Of a stretch of DNA of 64,000 nucleotides, positions 9,092 through 18,422 are shown one piece after another. Made by a program: the position numbers and the translations under genes. The notes under the pieces are model-generated. The model was not told the DNA's origin. It made no database searches and saw nothing but the letters and a program-made list of their open reading frames with translations. Source of the DNA: Sedimentisphaerales bacterium (GTDB lineage: Bacteria; Planctomycetota; Phycisphaerae; Sedimentisphaerales; SM23-30). The DNA is taken from the NCBI GenBank assembly GCA_963666285.1, contig OY762711.1. One strand, 5' to 3'. Positions within the stretch are counted from its first letter, which is position 1. Every line of letters starts with the position of its first letter.

Positions 9092-12000
9092 ATGTCGTCA
9101 AAATTAACTATTGTTATTATTGCTATTTTATTTTTACAGTATGGTTGTGTGTATTCTGATATTGTATGGAGTGAGGAATTTGATGGAGACGAAATAGATA
9201 AAAATGTCTGGACATATGATGTTGGAGGGCATGGTTTTGGTAACGGCCAGCTCGAATACAATACGGCACGTCGCGAAAATTCTTATATAGAAAATGGCAG
9301 CCTGGTCATTGAAGCACGTCGGGAAAATTATTTTGATAATTCATTTACCTCTGCTCGAATGATGACCCAGGGAAGATTTGCTTTCAAATACGGTACACTT
9401 GAGGCCAGGATAAAATTTCCTGATGTTGCTAATGGACTGTGGCCTGCATTCTGGTTGCTGGGTAATAATTTTTCGGGTGTAACCTGGCCTGAGTGCGGTG
9501 AAACTGATATTGTTGAGATTGGTTCAAAAGCAGGCATTGATGAAGGCGTTCAGAATAAGAAGATCAATGCAGCGATACATTACGATACTGTTGATGATGG
9601 AGTTTTTAACCCGGATACTTATGATTTTGATGCTTCCTGGATTGATGCGGCTGTTGATCTGAACCTCGACTACCACATCTATAAGCTGGAATGGACTCCA
9701 ACTCAAATGACTGTTTCACTGAATGGTGTTCCGTTTTGGTCGTTTGACATTACTGCTGATTATTTACGTGAATTTCATCAGCCATTTTTTCCGATTCTAA
9801 ATATTGCCATTGGAAGTTGGCCTACCGGTTACACCGGGATCTATGATCCGGCAGGCATAACAGCTCCATTTCCCGGGAAAATGTATATTGACTGGATTCG
9901 CCTTGAAGACAATGGATTTACGGAAATCTATATGGGCAAGGACTCTGAAGAAAATGGTACTTTTGGTGTTTTTACCGAGACTATTCCGGTGGATAATGCT
10001 CTTGTTTATGGCGATGATACTGATCCGGAGTTTTATTATGGATCGGACGCAGCTGTGTACCTGTGGGAAAATACTATGACAGAGTCGGTAACTCCATCTG
10101 CGCCCTCAGAGGGAAGTGAATGCTGGACATTTGATGTCAGGGCCGGCGGCTGGTATGGAATGGGTATTTTTCTTCCTAATTTCAGGAATATGAAAAATTA
10201 TTCCGATGGTTTCCTTCATTTTGATATTCAGACAACACTTACCAACGCAATGAAAGTTGGTATTAAAAGTTCACGGGGCGGAGAATTCTGGCTGCCGCTG
10301 GGCGATGAAACCGATGAATTTGGTTTTATTCGTGACGGACAATGGCATTCAGTTACTATTCCGCTTAACCGATATGCAAATACTGATTTTAATACCATTC
10401 ATCAGATATTTATGCTCGCGGCTGATTCTGCTTCCGCTTCATCTGCCATATCGATAGATAATATATATTGGGAGCCGGGAGCGGCAAGCCCCACACCGGC
10501 AAATGGTAATTTCGGTGTTTACACAGAAACTACCGCAAATAAAGATGCCGGAGAATTTGCTCTGGGGGTTGACGGAAACTTTTTTGTATGGGAACACTCC
10601 CTTAATGATACAGCGCAGGCCCCATATGAAGGCAGTGAATGCTTAAGCTTACAATCAGCTGCCGGGCTAAACTGGTTTGGCGCTGCTTTTACACCAAATG
10701 TTAAATATAATCTCAGTGCGTTCAGCTATCCGGAAAGTAAATTACATTTTACGATGAAGACCGGTTCTTCCGTAACGTTCCAAGTTGGAATGAAAAGTGG
10801 AAATATGGATGGGGTTGGCCAGAAATGGATTACTTTTGCTGCCGGTAATGATCCATATGGTTTTGTTCGAGATGGGCAATGGCATGTAGTTGAGATACCT
10901 ATGACCGACATTTCCTCTGAAGTCGATCTTTTCGAGGTCTCTCAGCTCTTCCAGATATTAGGCACGAAGGGACCGGTTTCCGATATTCAGATTGACGATA
11001 TTTGTTTCACCGGTGGCGGTGAACCTTTAATTCCAGGCGGCGGAAGCAGTAACACGCCTCCGTCTGTAAGTATTTCCAGTCCTGCCAATGGGTCTTTTTA
11101 TAATCCGGGAGATGATATTACCATAATTGCCGATGCCGCAGATTCTGACGGTATTATTACCAAAGTGGAATTCCTGGAGGGGCTTAACTTATTAGGAGAA
11201 GATTTGACAAGTCCTTACACTTACACGATCAGTAATGTTTCTGAGGGAGCTTATACAATCAGGGCAAAAGTAACTGACAATGACGATCTTTCACGTACTT
11301 CTTCACCTGTAGCGGTTTATGTGGGAACTCCGCAACTTAGCTCAATCAGTATTTCACCATCAACGGCAACGGTCGAAGAAGGTCGGACCAAACAGTTTGT
11401 CGGAAAGGGCTATGACCAGTTTGGGCTGGAATTTCCGATACCGGCCGGGCTTCTCTGGTCGGTTTCTGATGGTGGAGTAATTGATGATAACGGCTGTTTT
11501 GCTGCTGTGGATGTTGGTGGACCATATACAGTTACAGCAGCAGATGCGGAAAATGGAATCTTAACAGCAGCTTCAACTGTAAATGTATTTGCCGGTGGGA
11601 TTTGTACCGGTCAGTCGGCCAATGGTGAATTTACCTGGGAAGCCAGTGGCATTGCTGACAGTCCTGCGATCACTTTTATTCCTTCGGAAGCCGGTATCGG
11701 AGATAGCCTGTTGATTCTTTACTATTCCCAAAATCCATCAGCTACATTCCCCGGATATATGGCCGAAGCGTCCGTGCCGTTTACAATTCCTAATGTCAGT
11801 CAGGGTGATATCATATACTTCTATTTCACTTATAATACGCCGGAAGGTCAGCATACTACATTGAACGATAAACATGTTTTCCAGGTGGGCAATTGTCCTG
11901 CAATATTAGCCGGTGATTTTGATAAAAATGGCCGGATCGATATGGCTGATTTCGCTCATTTCGCAACTTATTGGATATATTATGATTGTGATGCTGACAA

Positions 12001-12094
12001 TAATTTCTGTGATACCGCCGACTATGCCGAAGATGGAGATGTTGATATTTATGATCTGTATCTGCTTTGCTATAGCTGGATGAAGGTAAATTAA
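9092..12094 (+). CDS. GH16 beta-glucanase (laminarinase-like) with two tandem CBM-like repeats, Ig-like domains and a dockerin-like C-terminus
   Basis: WPAFWLLG...WPECGETDIVE (ExDxxE catalytic motif). Start moved to ATG 9092 (MSSKLTIVII signal peptide). Duplicated NGxFGVxTET...FVRDGQWH module. GDFDKNGRIDMADF repeat. Confidence 0.92.
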   Translation: MSSKLTIVIIAILFLQYGCVYSDIVWSEEFDGDEIDKNVWTYDVGGHGFGNGQLEYNTARRENSYIENGSLVIEARRENYFDNSFTSARMMTQGRFAFKYGTLEARIKFPDVANGLWPAFWLLGNNFSGVTWPECGETDIVEIGSKAGIDEGVQNKKINAAIHYDTVDDGVFNPDTYDFDASWIDAAVDLNLDYHIYKLEWTPTQMTVSLNGVPFWSFDITADYLREFHQPFFPILNIAIGSWPTGYTGIYDPAGITAPFPGKMYIDWIRLEDNGFTEIYMGKDSEENGTFGVFTETIPVDNALVYGDDTDPEFYYGSDAAVYLWENTMTESVTPSAPSEGSECWTFDVRAGGWYGMGIFLPNFRNMKNYSDGFLHFDIQTTLTNAMKVGIKSSRGGEFWLPLGDETDEFGFIRDGQWHSVTIPLNRYANTDFNTIHQIFMLAADSASASSAISIDNIYWEPGAASPTPANGNFGVYTETTANKDAGEFALGVDGNFFVWEHSLNDTAQAPYEGSECLSLQSAAGLNWFGAAFTPNVKYNLSAFSYPESKLHFTMKTGSSVTFQVGMKSGNMDGVGQKWITFAAGNDPYGFVRDGQWHVVEIPMTDISSEVDLFEVSQLFQILGTKGPVSDIQIDDICFTGGGEPLIPGGGSSNTPPSVSISSPANGSFYNPGDDITIIADAADSDGIITKVEFLEGLNLLGEDLTSPYTYTISNVSEGAYTIRAKVTDNDDLSRTSSPVAVYVGTPQLSSISISPSTATVEEGRTKQFVGKGYDQFGLEFPIPAGLLWSVSDGGVIDDNGCFAAVDVGGPYTVTAADAENGILTAASTVNVFAGGICTGQSANGEFTWEASGIADSPAITFIPSEAGIGDSLLILYYSQNPSATFPGYMAEASVPFTIPNVSQGDIIYFYFTYNTPEGQHTTLNDKHVFQVGNCPAILAGDFDKNGRIDMADFAHFATYWIYYDCDADNNFCDTADYAEDGDVDIYDLYLLCYSWMKVN

Positions 12095-12135
12095 AATCTA
12101 TATATTTAAGCAGGTCTTTAAGGTAAAGAGACTAA

Positions 12136-12171
12136 AGGGTACCTATGAAATAGTATTTTCAGAGGTACCCT
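12136..12171. repeat. Short inverted repeat matching the MITE termini (internally deleted derivative or terminator)
   Basis: AGGGTACCTATGAAA...TTTCAGAGGTACCCT. The reverse complement of the right arm, AGGGTACCTCTGAAAAT, resembles the MITE end AGGCAACCTCTGAAAAT. Confidence 0.6.
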
Positions 12172-12419
12172 CAATTCATCTTCAGTGTGTAGTTTCCAAT
12201 AGTTAAGAAATCCTTCATTTCGATAAATTGTATACAATTCTATTTGGGGGTCGAGTCGGCAATGTCTCAATTTCTTATAAGATGATCACTTTAATTTGTT
12301 TGGAATACAGTGATAATTTTGTATAATAATCGTCCAATAAGAAAGTATTGTTTATTTTATCTAATTTTTTCAATCATCAAATTGGAATAATGATTGAAAA
12401 TGAAAGGATGTAGAAAGTC

Positions 12420-14585
12420 ATGTCATTTCGATTTCTTTTAATATATTTATTTATGGGCTTACAACCTTGTCTGGCTGCCATTGGACAAGTTGAGCAGGTT
12501 GCCTCAGGTGTCTGGCGGATACGATTTGGCCAGCCGGAAACTTATACTCCTAACCAGTTTCGCGAAAAGGAGATCTGTAAAGAATCACTTTCAAGCTTAC
12601 CTTCGCCTAGTGAATTACCTTTTAACTTAAATGAAATTCAATGTCAGGTCAAACCCGCACGTACGGTTGTTTATATACCATGTAATGAGCCAGACGATCA
12701 GATATACGGTTTCGGGTTGGATAGCGGTGCGTTTGAGCAGAAGGGCCTGCGGAAATATCTGACTGTAAGTGCCCAGTCGATAGAGCGTACAGGCAGTAGT
12801 CACGGCCCGGTTCCTTTCTATGTCAGTACCAAAGGTTACGGTGTTTATGTTGATACAGCGCGGGTACCATTCGTGCATGTTGCCAGGCTGAGTCCTGTTG
12901 GGGCTGCGATAAAAAGTCAGACCAATGAAGATGGTTTGGGAAGAGCATTAAAAACTTCAGTGGAAGAGTTATATGCTGCTCGCTCAGCCGTTGGTCGAAC
13001 CGAGGTTGTTTTTGATTTGCCAGGTTCCAGTGGGGTAGATGTTTACATTTTTGCCGGTCCTGGAATTAAAGAAGCTGTCCAGCGATATAATTTATTTTCC
13101 GGTGGTGGAGTTGTCCCTCCTTTGTGGGGATTGGGTTTGAAATATCGTAATTATACCGGCGGTGACAAGGATTCTGTAATGGATGTTGCTAAGTCATTTC
13201 GTAAGTTTGGTATTCCATGCGATATGATCGGTTTAGAACCTGGTTGGCAGACAGCTGCTTATTCCTGTTCTCTTAAATGGTCAGATGACCGTTTTGCTGA
13301 TCATGATGCTTTTGTGAAAGAGCTTATAAGTTCAGGCTATCGCGTAAATCTTTGGGAACATGCCTACATCCATCCAAGTTCTCCAATATTTGATCAGCTC
13401 ATAGATAAATGTGGAGATTTCCTGGTTTGGGGAGGCTTGGTAATTGATTTTGCCAACCCGGAGGCCTTCAATATATTTTCCGATTATCATGGAAAAACTT
13501 TTATTGACCATGGTATTTCTGGTTTCAAAGCAGATGAGTGCGACAGGGAGTTTATCGACAATGCAACTCCGTTTAACTATCCATACTGTTCTACATTTAG
13601 CTCAGGTATTGATGGTGACCAGATGACTCAAATGTATGGTTATTTGTACCAGCGAAGTATTTTGCGAGCTTTCAAGGAGCGGAACCTTCGTACCTGGAGC
13701 GATGTTCGGGCTACATGTGGTTTAGCATCTCCAATGCCTTTTGTTTTGTATAGTGATTCATACGGCTTTGATGAATATCTTCGGCAGCTGGTGAATGCTT
13801 CATTTACCGGATTATTGTGGTCTCCGGAAGTTCGTGAGGCCGGTTCGCTTGATGAATTGCTTAACCGTGTTGCAATGTCTTCCTTTGCCCATCAAATGTG
13901 TCTGAATCCATGGTATGTCCCCAATCCATTATGGACACAATACGATCGAGGGAAAAATGAACGTGGAGAATTGCTAAGTGAAACAGAGCAAAAAGAAGTA
14001 GCAGAGGCATTCACTAAAATAATCAATCGGCGAATGAGTTTGATCCCATATTTATACGCAGCTTTTTATGAGTATTATTTACACGGTCTTCCTCCGCTTC
14101 GAGCACTGGTAATTGATTTTCCCGATGATATGAATTTGAGAAAAGCCGATGATGCCTTTATGTTTGGTGATTCGCTTTTGGTTGCTCCTTTGAAAGGAAG
14201 AGAAAAGCAGCGGACTGTTTATCTTCCGGCTGGATACAGGTGGTATGATCTTAATGCTGAAATATGGCTGGAAGGTGGAAAGGAAATACAAGTTATCTTA
14301 GAGCCGGGTAATGTGCCATTATTTGTTAAGGAGAATTCAATTGTACCATTTGCCAGGCCAGTTGAGTATGTGGCTGATAATACTGTTTTTGATCTAACCG
14401 TCAAGGTCTTTGGGGATACTCCTGAAGCATTTACTCTATATGCTGACGATGGCGTGACATGGAATTATGAAAAAGGCCAGTATAGCCAAATTAAACTGAG
14501 CTATAAAGATGGCAAGGGAATTGTTCAGGATAAAGGTGTTTACAAGAAAAAACGTTATGAGATAATTAGTTGGGAGCGTAAATGA
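12420..14585 (+). CDS. GH31 family glycoside hydrolase (alpha-xylosidase/glucosidase-like), secreted
   Basis: VPFYVSTKGYGVYVD, PPLWGLG, IPCDMIGLEPGW, GFKADECD nucleophile region, FMFGDSLLVAP, LYADDG. Confidence 0.9.
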   Translation: MSFRFLLIYLFMGLQPCLAAIGQVEQVASGVWRIRFGQPETYTPNQFREKEICKESLSSLPSPSELPFNLNEIQCQVKPARTVVYIPCNEPDDQIYGFGLDSGAFEQKGLRKYLTVSAQSIERTGSSHGPVPFYVSTKGYGVYVDTARVPFVHVARLSPVGAAIKSQTNEDGLGRALKTSVEELYAARSAVGRTEVVFDLPGSSGVDVYIFAGPGIKEAVQRYNLFSGGGVVPPLWGLGLKYRNYTGGDKDSVMDVAKSFRKFGIPCDMIGLEPGWQTAAYSCSLKWSDDRFADHDAFVKELISSGYRVNLWEHAYIHPSSPIFDQLIDKCGDFLVWGGLVIDFANPEAFNIFSDYHGKTFIDHGISGFKADECDREFIDNATPFNYPYCSTFSSGIDGDQMTQMYGYLYQRSILRAFKERNLRTWSDVRATCGLASPMPFVLYSDSYGFDEYLRQLVNASFTGLLWSPEVREAGSLDELLNRVAMSSFAHQMCLNPWYVPNPLWTQYDRGKNERGELLSETEQKEVAEAFTKIINRRMSLIPYLYAAFYEYYLHGLPPLRALVIDFPDDMNLRKADDAFMFGDSLLVAPLKGREKQRTVYLPAGYRWYDLNAEIWLEGGKEIQVILEPGNVPLFVKENSIVPFARPVEYVADNTVFDLTVKVFGDTPEAFTLYADDGVTWNYEKGQYSQIKLSYKDGKGIVQDKGVYKKKRYEIISWERK

Positions 14586-14668
14586 TACCCTTGACGGTAA
14601 CGTTTCGATTATATTCAGGCATGGCTATATTAATTTGAGACGGGTGCTAACCCATAAACTTAATTGTA

Positions 14669-17600
14669 TTATTTGATAATATTGTTATTGTCTTTTCGTA
14701 ATCTTTTTTCTTTACCGTGAAACATAATCTGCGGAGCATATCTTTGTTTGATAGTTTCAAATAGATTTTGTGGTAAAATTGTCATAGGATTTTCTTGGAA
14801 GTATCCAATAATATGAAGAGGGGGGCTGTCAAATTGATGATATCGCTGCAGTGCGGCAAGATTCATAGGCGGATCAAAATGCAGCATCGCATCCGGATGC
14901 TTTCCTCCCTGCGGGTTAATATAAAACGAGACTTTCAAATCTGTATCTCCCAGTGCTAATGCGCCATATTCATAACCAGTCGGATCGCTCCAGAAATTGA
15001 AATTCCTGAGATAATAATTTGGCACATTTAGAACCAATTCATCATCATTAGAATCTCCTTTAATTGAAGGTATGACGTAAAAGAAACTATCGCACAAATT
15101 CATTTTTGTATTGGATTGATTGGTTAAACTGACAAAGCGGGTATCGAACCAAGGTAAATCCGGATAGATGGCCAGACGATGTTCAACCAGAAATGCCAAC
15201 GGTTGGTCCGGAGACTTTGTTTTAGAGCCTATAGTACTTTCATTGCCACCTTTTGCACGAAGGTGAACCAGCACCCTTATTGGTCCCTGGCTGACTTTAT
15301 AATCAACAAATTTACTTGCGTGCGCCCAAAAATTTTGCCCCTGGTTTTGATGTATCATTGGATTATAGCGGCCTAATAATACACCCTGAAAATAGCAAGC
15401 ATCCACGAGATCTCCATCCGGCTCATTCTTTTGGATTCGGATCGTATTGTTATCGATTATAAAGCCATTATCAAGTTTCTGGAAATTAACAGTAGTTTGC
15501 TTTTGTGGTAAATTTGAAGCCCGGTTGACATATAAAAAATATGTACGGTTTTCGTTTGCCCTTAAATGTGATACCTCAAAGCAAATTTCATCAAATAGAT
15601 CTAATTGATTGCCAAAGCAGTCAAGCTGCCATGAAACATCCTGATCTTCATTGTTCTTTAAACAAAGTGAATCTGTAGAAACACCAGACCATTCAAAATC
15701 GGGATCAACCTCATTTAGTGTGAAACTTATGATACCGTTAGTGACTTCTTTATTTGTACTATTTGAAACGGTTATTGGGTAACGAAATACTTCAGCCGGT
15801 AGATTTTGGGGCCAGGTAGATCCTGCTTGATATTTAATTACAGAGGAATTTTTCGATAAGTCCGGGATTACTGCTTTTTGATGCATTTCATACACCTTTG
15901 GATTCAATTGAGAGGCAGTTTTAGTCAACTCTTCGTATGGTTGATCATTTTCATTGACCAAGCCATAATTACTGTCTTCTGGAAATGTCGAACTGATTCC
16001 CAATGCCGGTTCGTCAACCCACATGAAGAAATTGGACCCCACTATAAACGGTAGACTGAATAAGGTAGATTGGTATATCTCAAATGCCTGACTTCTTTGC
16101 TGTTGTGTCTGGACTCTCATTCCTGCTCCATGTGTACAAGGTAAGCCACTGTCCAGAGAAGGGAATGACCATTCGGTCAACATTAACGGACGATCGGTCC
16201 ATTGTGAAAATCTTTTCAAATCACTTAATGCTTGAGGCAGCTGACAGGTTTCAAGGTCTATGAAGGGATATTGGTTTACTGAGACAATATCGCAATAATT
16301 TCCTGCCACAATCCAGCATGGCTTGGGGGCATCGCCGGCAAATCGACAACCAAGGATCATATGATGCGGATCGATCTCACGGATTGCAGCAGTTGTTATC
16401 GCAAAATATCTGTCCGCAACCAACTCAAGAAATTCCAGTTTATCTTGGGCTAACTCACTATTATCCGCGGAATCTTTAATAGTATTGATCTGTAAAATGG
16501 CATTGAAATCAGCAAAACTGGTTCCCCAGCTTTTATTCAGATGTCGGATATCGCTATATTTTGTCTGCAGCATATCTACCAGTGCTATTTTTGCAGAATG
16601 ATCCGCATCCTTTTTCATTGCTTCGTCAAAAACACCGCCCGGACTATAGTTTTTTCCATACCATTCCAGTTCATTATCGATAAAAATACCAAATACCCAG
16701 GGATCTTTAACGTGGTCTGCAAGCATTTGTTTTGCCTTCATCTTACAAAAAGAGGCAAATCGTGGATCAAAAACATTTGGTAATCCTGTCCAGTATATTT
16801 TGGGTACGATATCGCTGATTGACGAAAACTCTGCTCCCACACCAAGCCATAATGTATGTGCCAGTCCTCGGTATCGCAGCTGTTCGCTATGACCGGCAGC
16901 TATCAGATTGAACCCCCAGTTTTGCAGACGATCGGCTGTCTGTTTGGCCCATATATCAGCTGAAGCGTATTTTTGTCTGTTTTTTTGACCATAAGGGGCA
17001 TACCATAACTTTTCGCACCAATGGCCATTAAAATTGCAGTGATCTGTCCCGATAGCATAAAACCCATTGCCATCCGGTGCTATACACCACCAGCGATTAT
17101 CCACTTTTTCCACATGAAAATAACCTGTAGACGGACGATTTATGCCGTCCCATGTTTTTATTGAAAGTGCCGGCAAGACCGTTTCTTGCGGTGGTACAGG
17201 TTGGCTGCCTTTGACCTTTACATCATCAAAGCATATTTTTACCTCATTTCCATGCAATGCAGGTCGACCTGAAGTAACAGCAATATTATTGAAAGCATAT
17301 ACCTTCCGAGCTAGTTTGTTTCCATTTATATCTGACAGAATTCCTTCTATTCCAGCAGGTGTCATAATAATGCGTAAACGATAAGGCTGATTATACTGCC
17401 AGTCATAATCCATATGTTCCGATGCTGTCACGGTAAGATTTTCCTGTGCCAGCCACACATTATCACGTTTTTCGGATAGTTCTAAAAAATGCCTGTTATC
17501 TTTGTCTGAAGGTGATTCTACCAACGCAAAATGCCAGAAATTCTGTGGATTATTATAAATTGCAACCCCTGCAATCCGCCAGTTATCCAGCTGGGAATGG

Positions 17601-17911
17601 CTAAGCACCGTAACGATAGCTTCTATCTCTATGTTCCGGCAGATTTTAAGTCCGTCGGCGACGCTAAATGAATCGATTAAACCGCCAGACAGGTAGCTCC
17701 CATGTTTCATTGTCCAATCAACCGATCCGGCAGACCAGCGAGGATCGCCCAGAGAACCATCTGCATAAGATGAGAAATCATCGGCCCATTCGTATTCTTG
17801 TGCCCTCGATATGCCTATACATGAAATTAAGTAGAGCGTTATAATCAATATAATATGGCGGTTAAAAATATGAATTAACAGTGATTTATTATTTAAATTT
17901 ATATACAACAT
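14669..17911 (-). CDS. Large secreted glycoside hydrolase with a GH-A/agarase-like catalytic domain
   Basis: GYFHVEKVDNRWWCIAPDGNGF, RLQNWGFN, GIFIDNELEW, DPHHMILGCRFA, PLMLTEWSF, EDSNYGLV. Start moved to ATG 17911, which follows AGGA. Confidence 0.8.
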   Translation of the reverse strand: MLYINLNNKSLLIHIFNRHIILIITLYLISCIGISRAQEYEWADDFSSYADGSLGDPRWSAGSVDWTMKHGSYLSGGLIDSFSVADGLKICRNIEIEAIVTVLSHSQLDNWRIAGVAIYNNPQNFWHFALVESPSDKDNRHFLELSEKRDNVWLAQENLTVTASEHMDYDWQYNQPYRLRIIMTPAGIEGILSDINGNKLARKVYAFNNIAVTSGRPALHGNEVKICFDDVKVKGSQPVPPQETVLPALSIKTWDGINRPSTGYFHVEKVDNRWWCIAPDGNGFYAIGTDHCNFNGHWCEKLWYAPYGQKNRQKYASADIWAKQTADRLQNWGFNLIAAGHSEQLRYRGLAHTLWLGVGAEFSSISDIVPKIYWTGLPNVFDPRFASFCKMKAKQMLADHVKDPWVFGIFIDNELEWYGKNYSPGGVFDEAMKKDADHSAKIALVDMLQTKYSDIRHLNKSWGTSFADFNAILQINTIKDSADNSELAQDKLEFLELVADRYFAITTAAIREIDPHHMILGCRFAGDAPKPCWIVAGNYCDIVSVNQYPFIDLETCQLPQALSDLKRFSQWTDRPLMLTEWSFPSLDSGLPCTHGAGMRVQTQQQRSQAFEIYQSTLFSLPFIVGSNFFMWVDEPALGISSTFPEDSNYGLVNENDQPYEELTKTASQLNPKVYEMHQKAVIPDLSKNSSVIKYQAGSTWPQNLPAEVFRYPITVSNSTNKEVTNGIISFTLNEVDPDFEWSGVSTDSLCLKNNEDQDVSWQLDCFGNQLDLFDEICFEVSHLRANENRTYFLYVNRASNLPQKQTTVNFQKLDNGFIIDNNTIRIQKNEPDGDLVDACYFQGVLLGRYNPMIHQNQGQNFWAHASKFVDYKVSQGPIRVLVHLRAKGGNESTIGSKTKSPDQPLAFLVEHRLAIYPDLPWFDTRFVSLTNQSNTKMNLCDSFFYVIPSIKGDSNDDELVLNVPNYYLRNFNFWSDPTGYEYGALALGDTDLKVSFYINPQGGKHPDAMLHFDPPMNLAALQRYHQFDSPPLHIIGYFQENPMTILPQNLFETIKQRYAPQIMFHGKEKRLRKDNNNIIK

Positions 17912-18238
17912 GCTTTTCCTATAGTAATAAATTATTTGAATAATAAAGGAGCTATGCAAAGATATGCATATTTGTTTTTATCATGTTAATGGCTAAAACA
18001 TAAGATTGACTCCTTAAAAATCTTTTTACTATTGTACATAATTGCTCTCTTTAGAGCTAAGAAAAAACGATGGCATAGTGATCATTGATTATGTGTCATT
18101 TTAGCGGTTCGATAGCATCTGGCAGATAGTTATGATAAATATAGGAGAGAATATATATGAAGTTATATATAATGGTATGATAAAAGAGGTAGAACATTAG
18201 GCTAAAATATGTAAAATATATACATAGTTTTTATATTT

Positions 18239-18400
18239 AGGCAACCTCAGAAAATTCATTTTGAGCGACTAGTTTTTCTTTTGCCTGCTGACATGCGTCA
18301 CATATAACAGTGAATATAGCCAATATGCACGATTTTATGTTCCTTGTCAGCAACCAAAATCTTAAACTATCGCATCAAAAGCAATTTCCGGAGGTCACCT
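18239..18400. repeat. Palindromic MITE-like repeat
   Basis: Near-identical to 7800-7962. TTA flanks both sides of the GG...CC core. Ends 22 bp before the ATG at 18423. Confidence 0.9.
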
Positions 18401-18422
18401 TAATTATACTGGATATAGAATT

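Noticed and set aside
14583..14585. Other TGA stops (GH31, prepilin, MCP, S46, GH99-like) as further Sec codons
   Set aside because: The proteins appear complete at these stops and there is no redox-motif context like that in selD.
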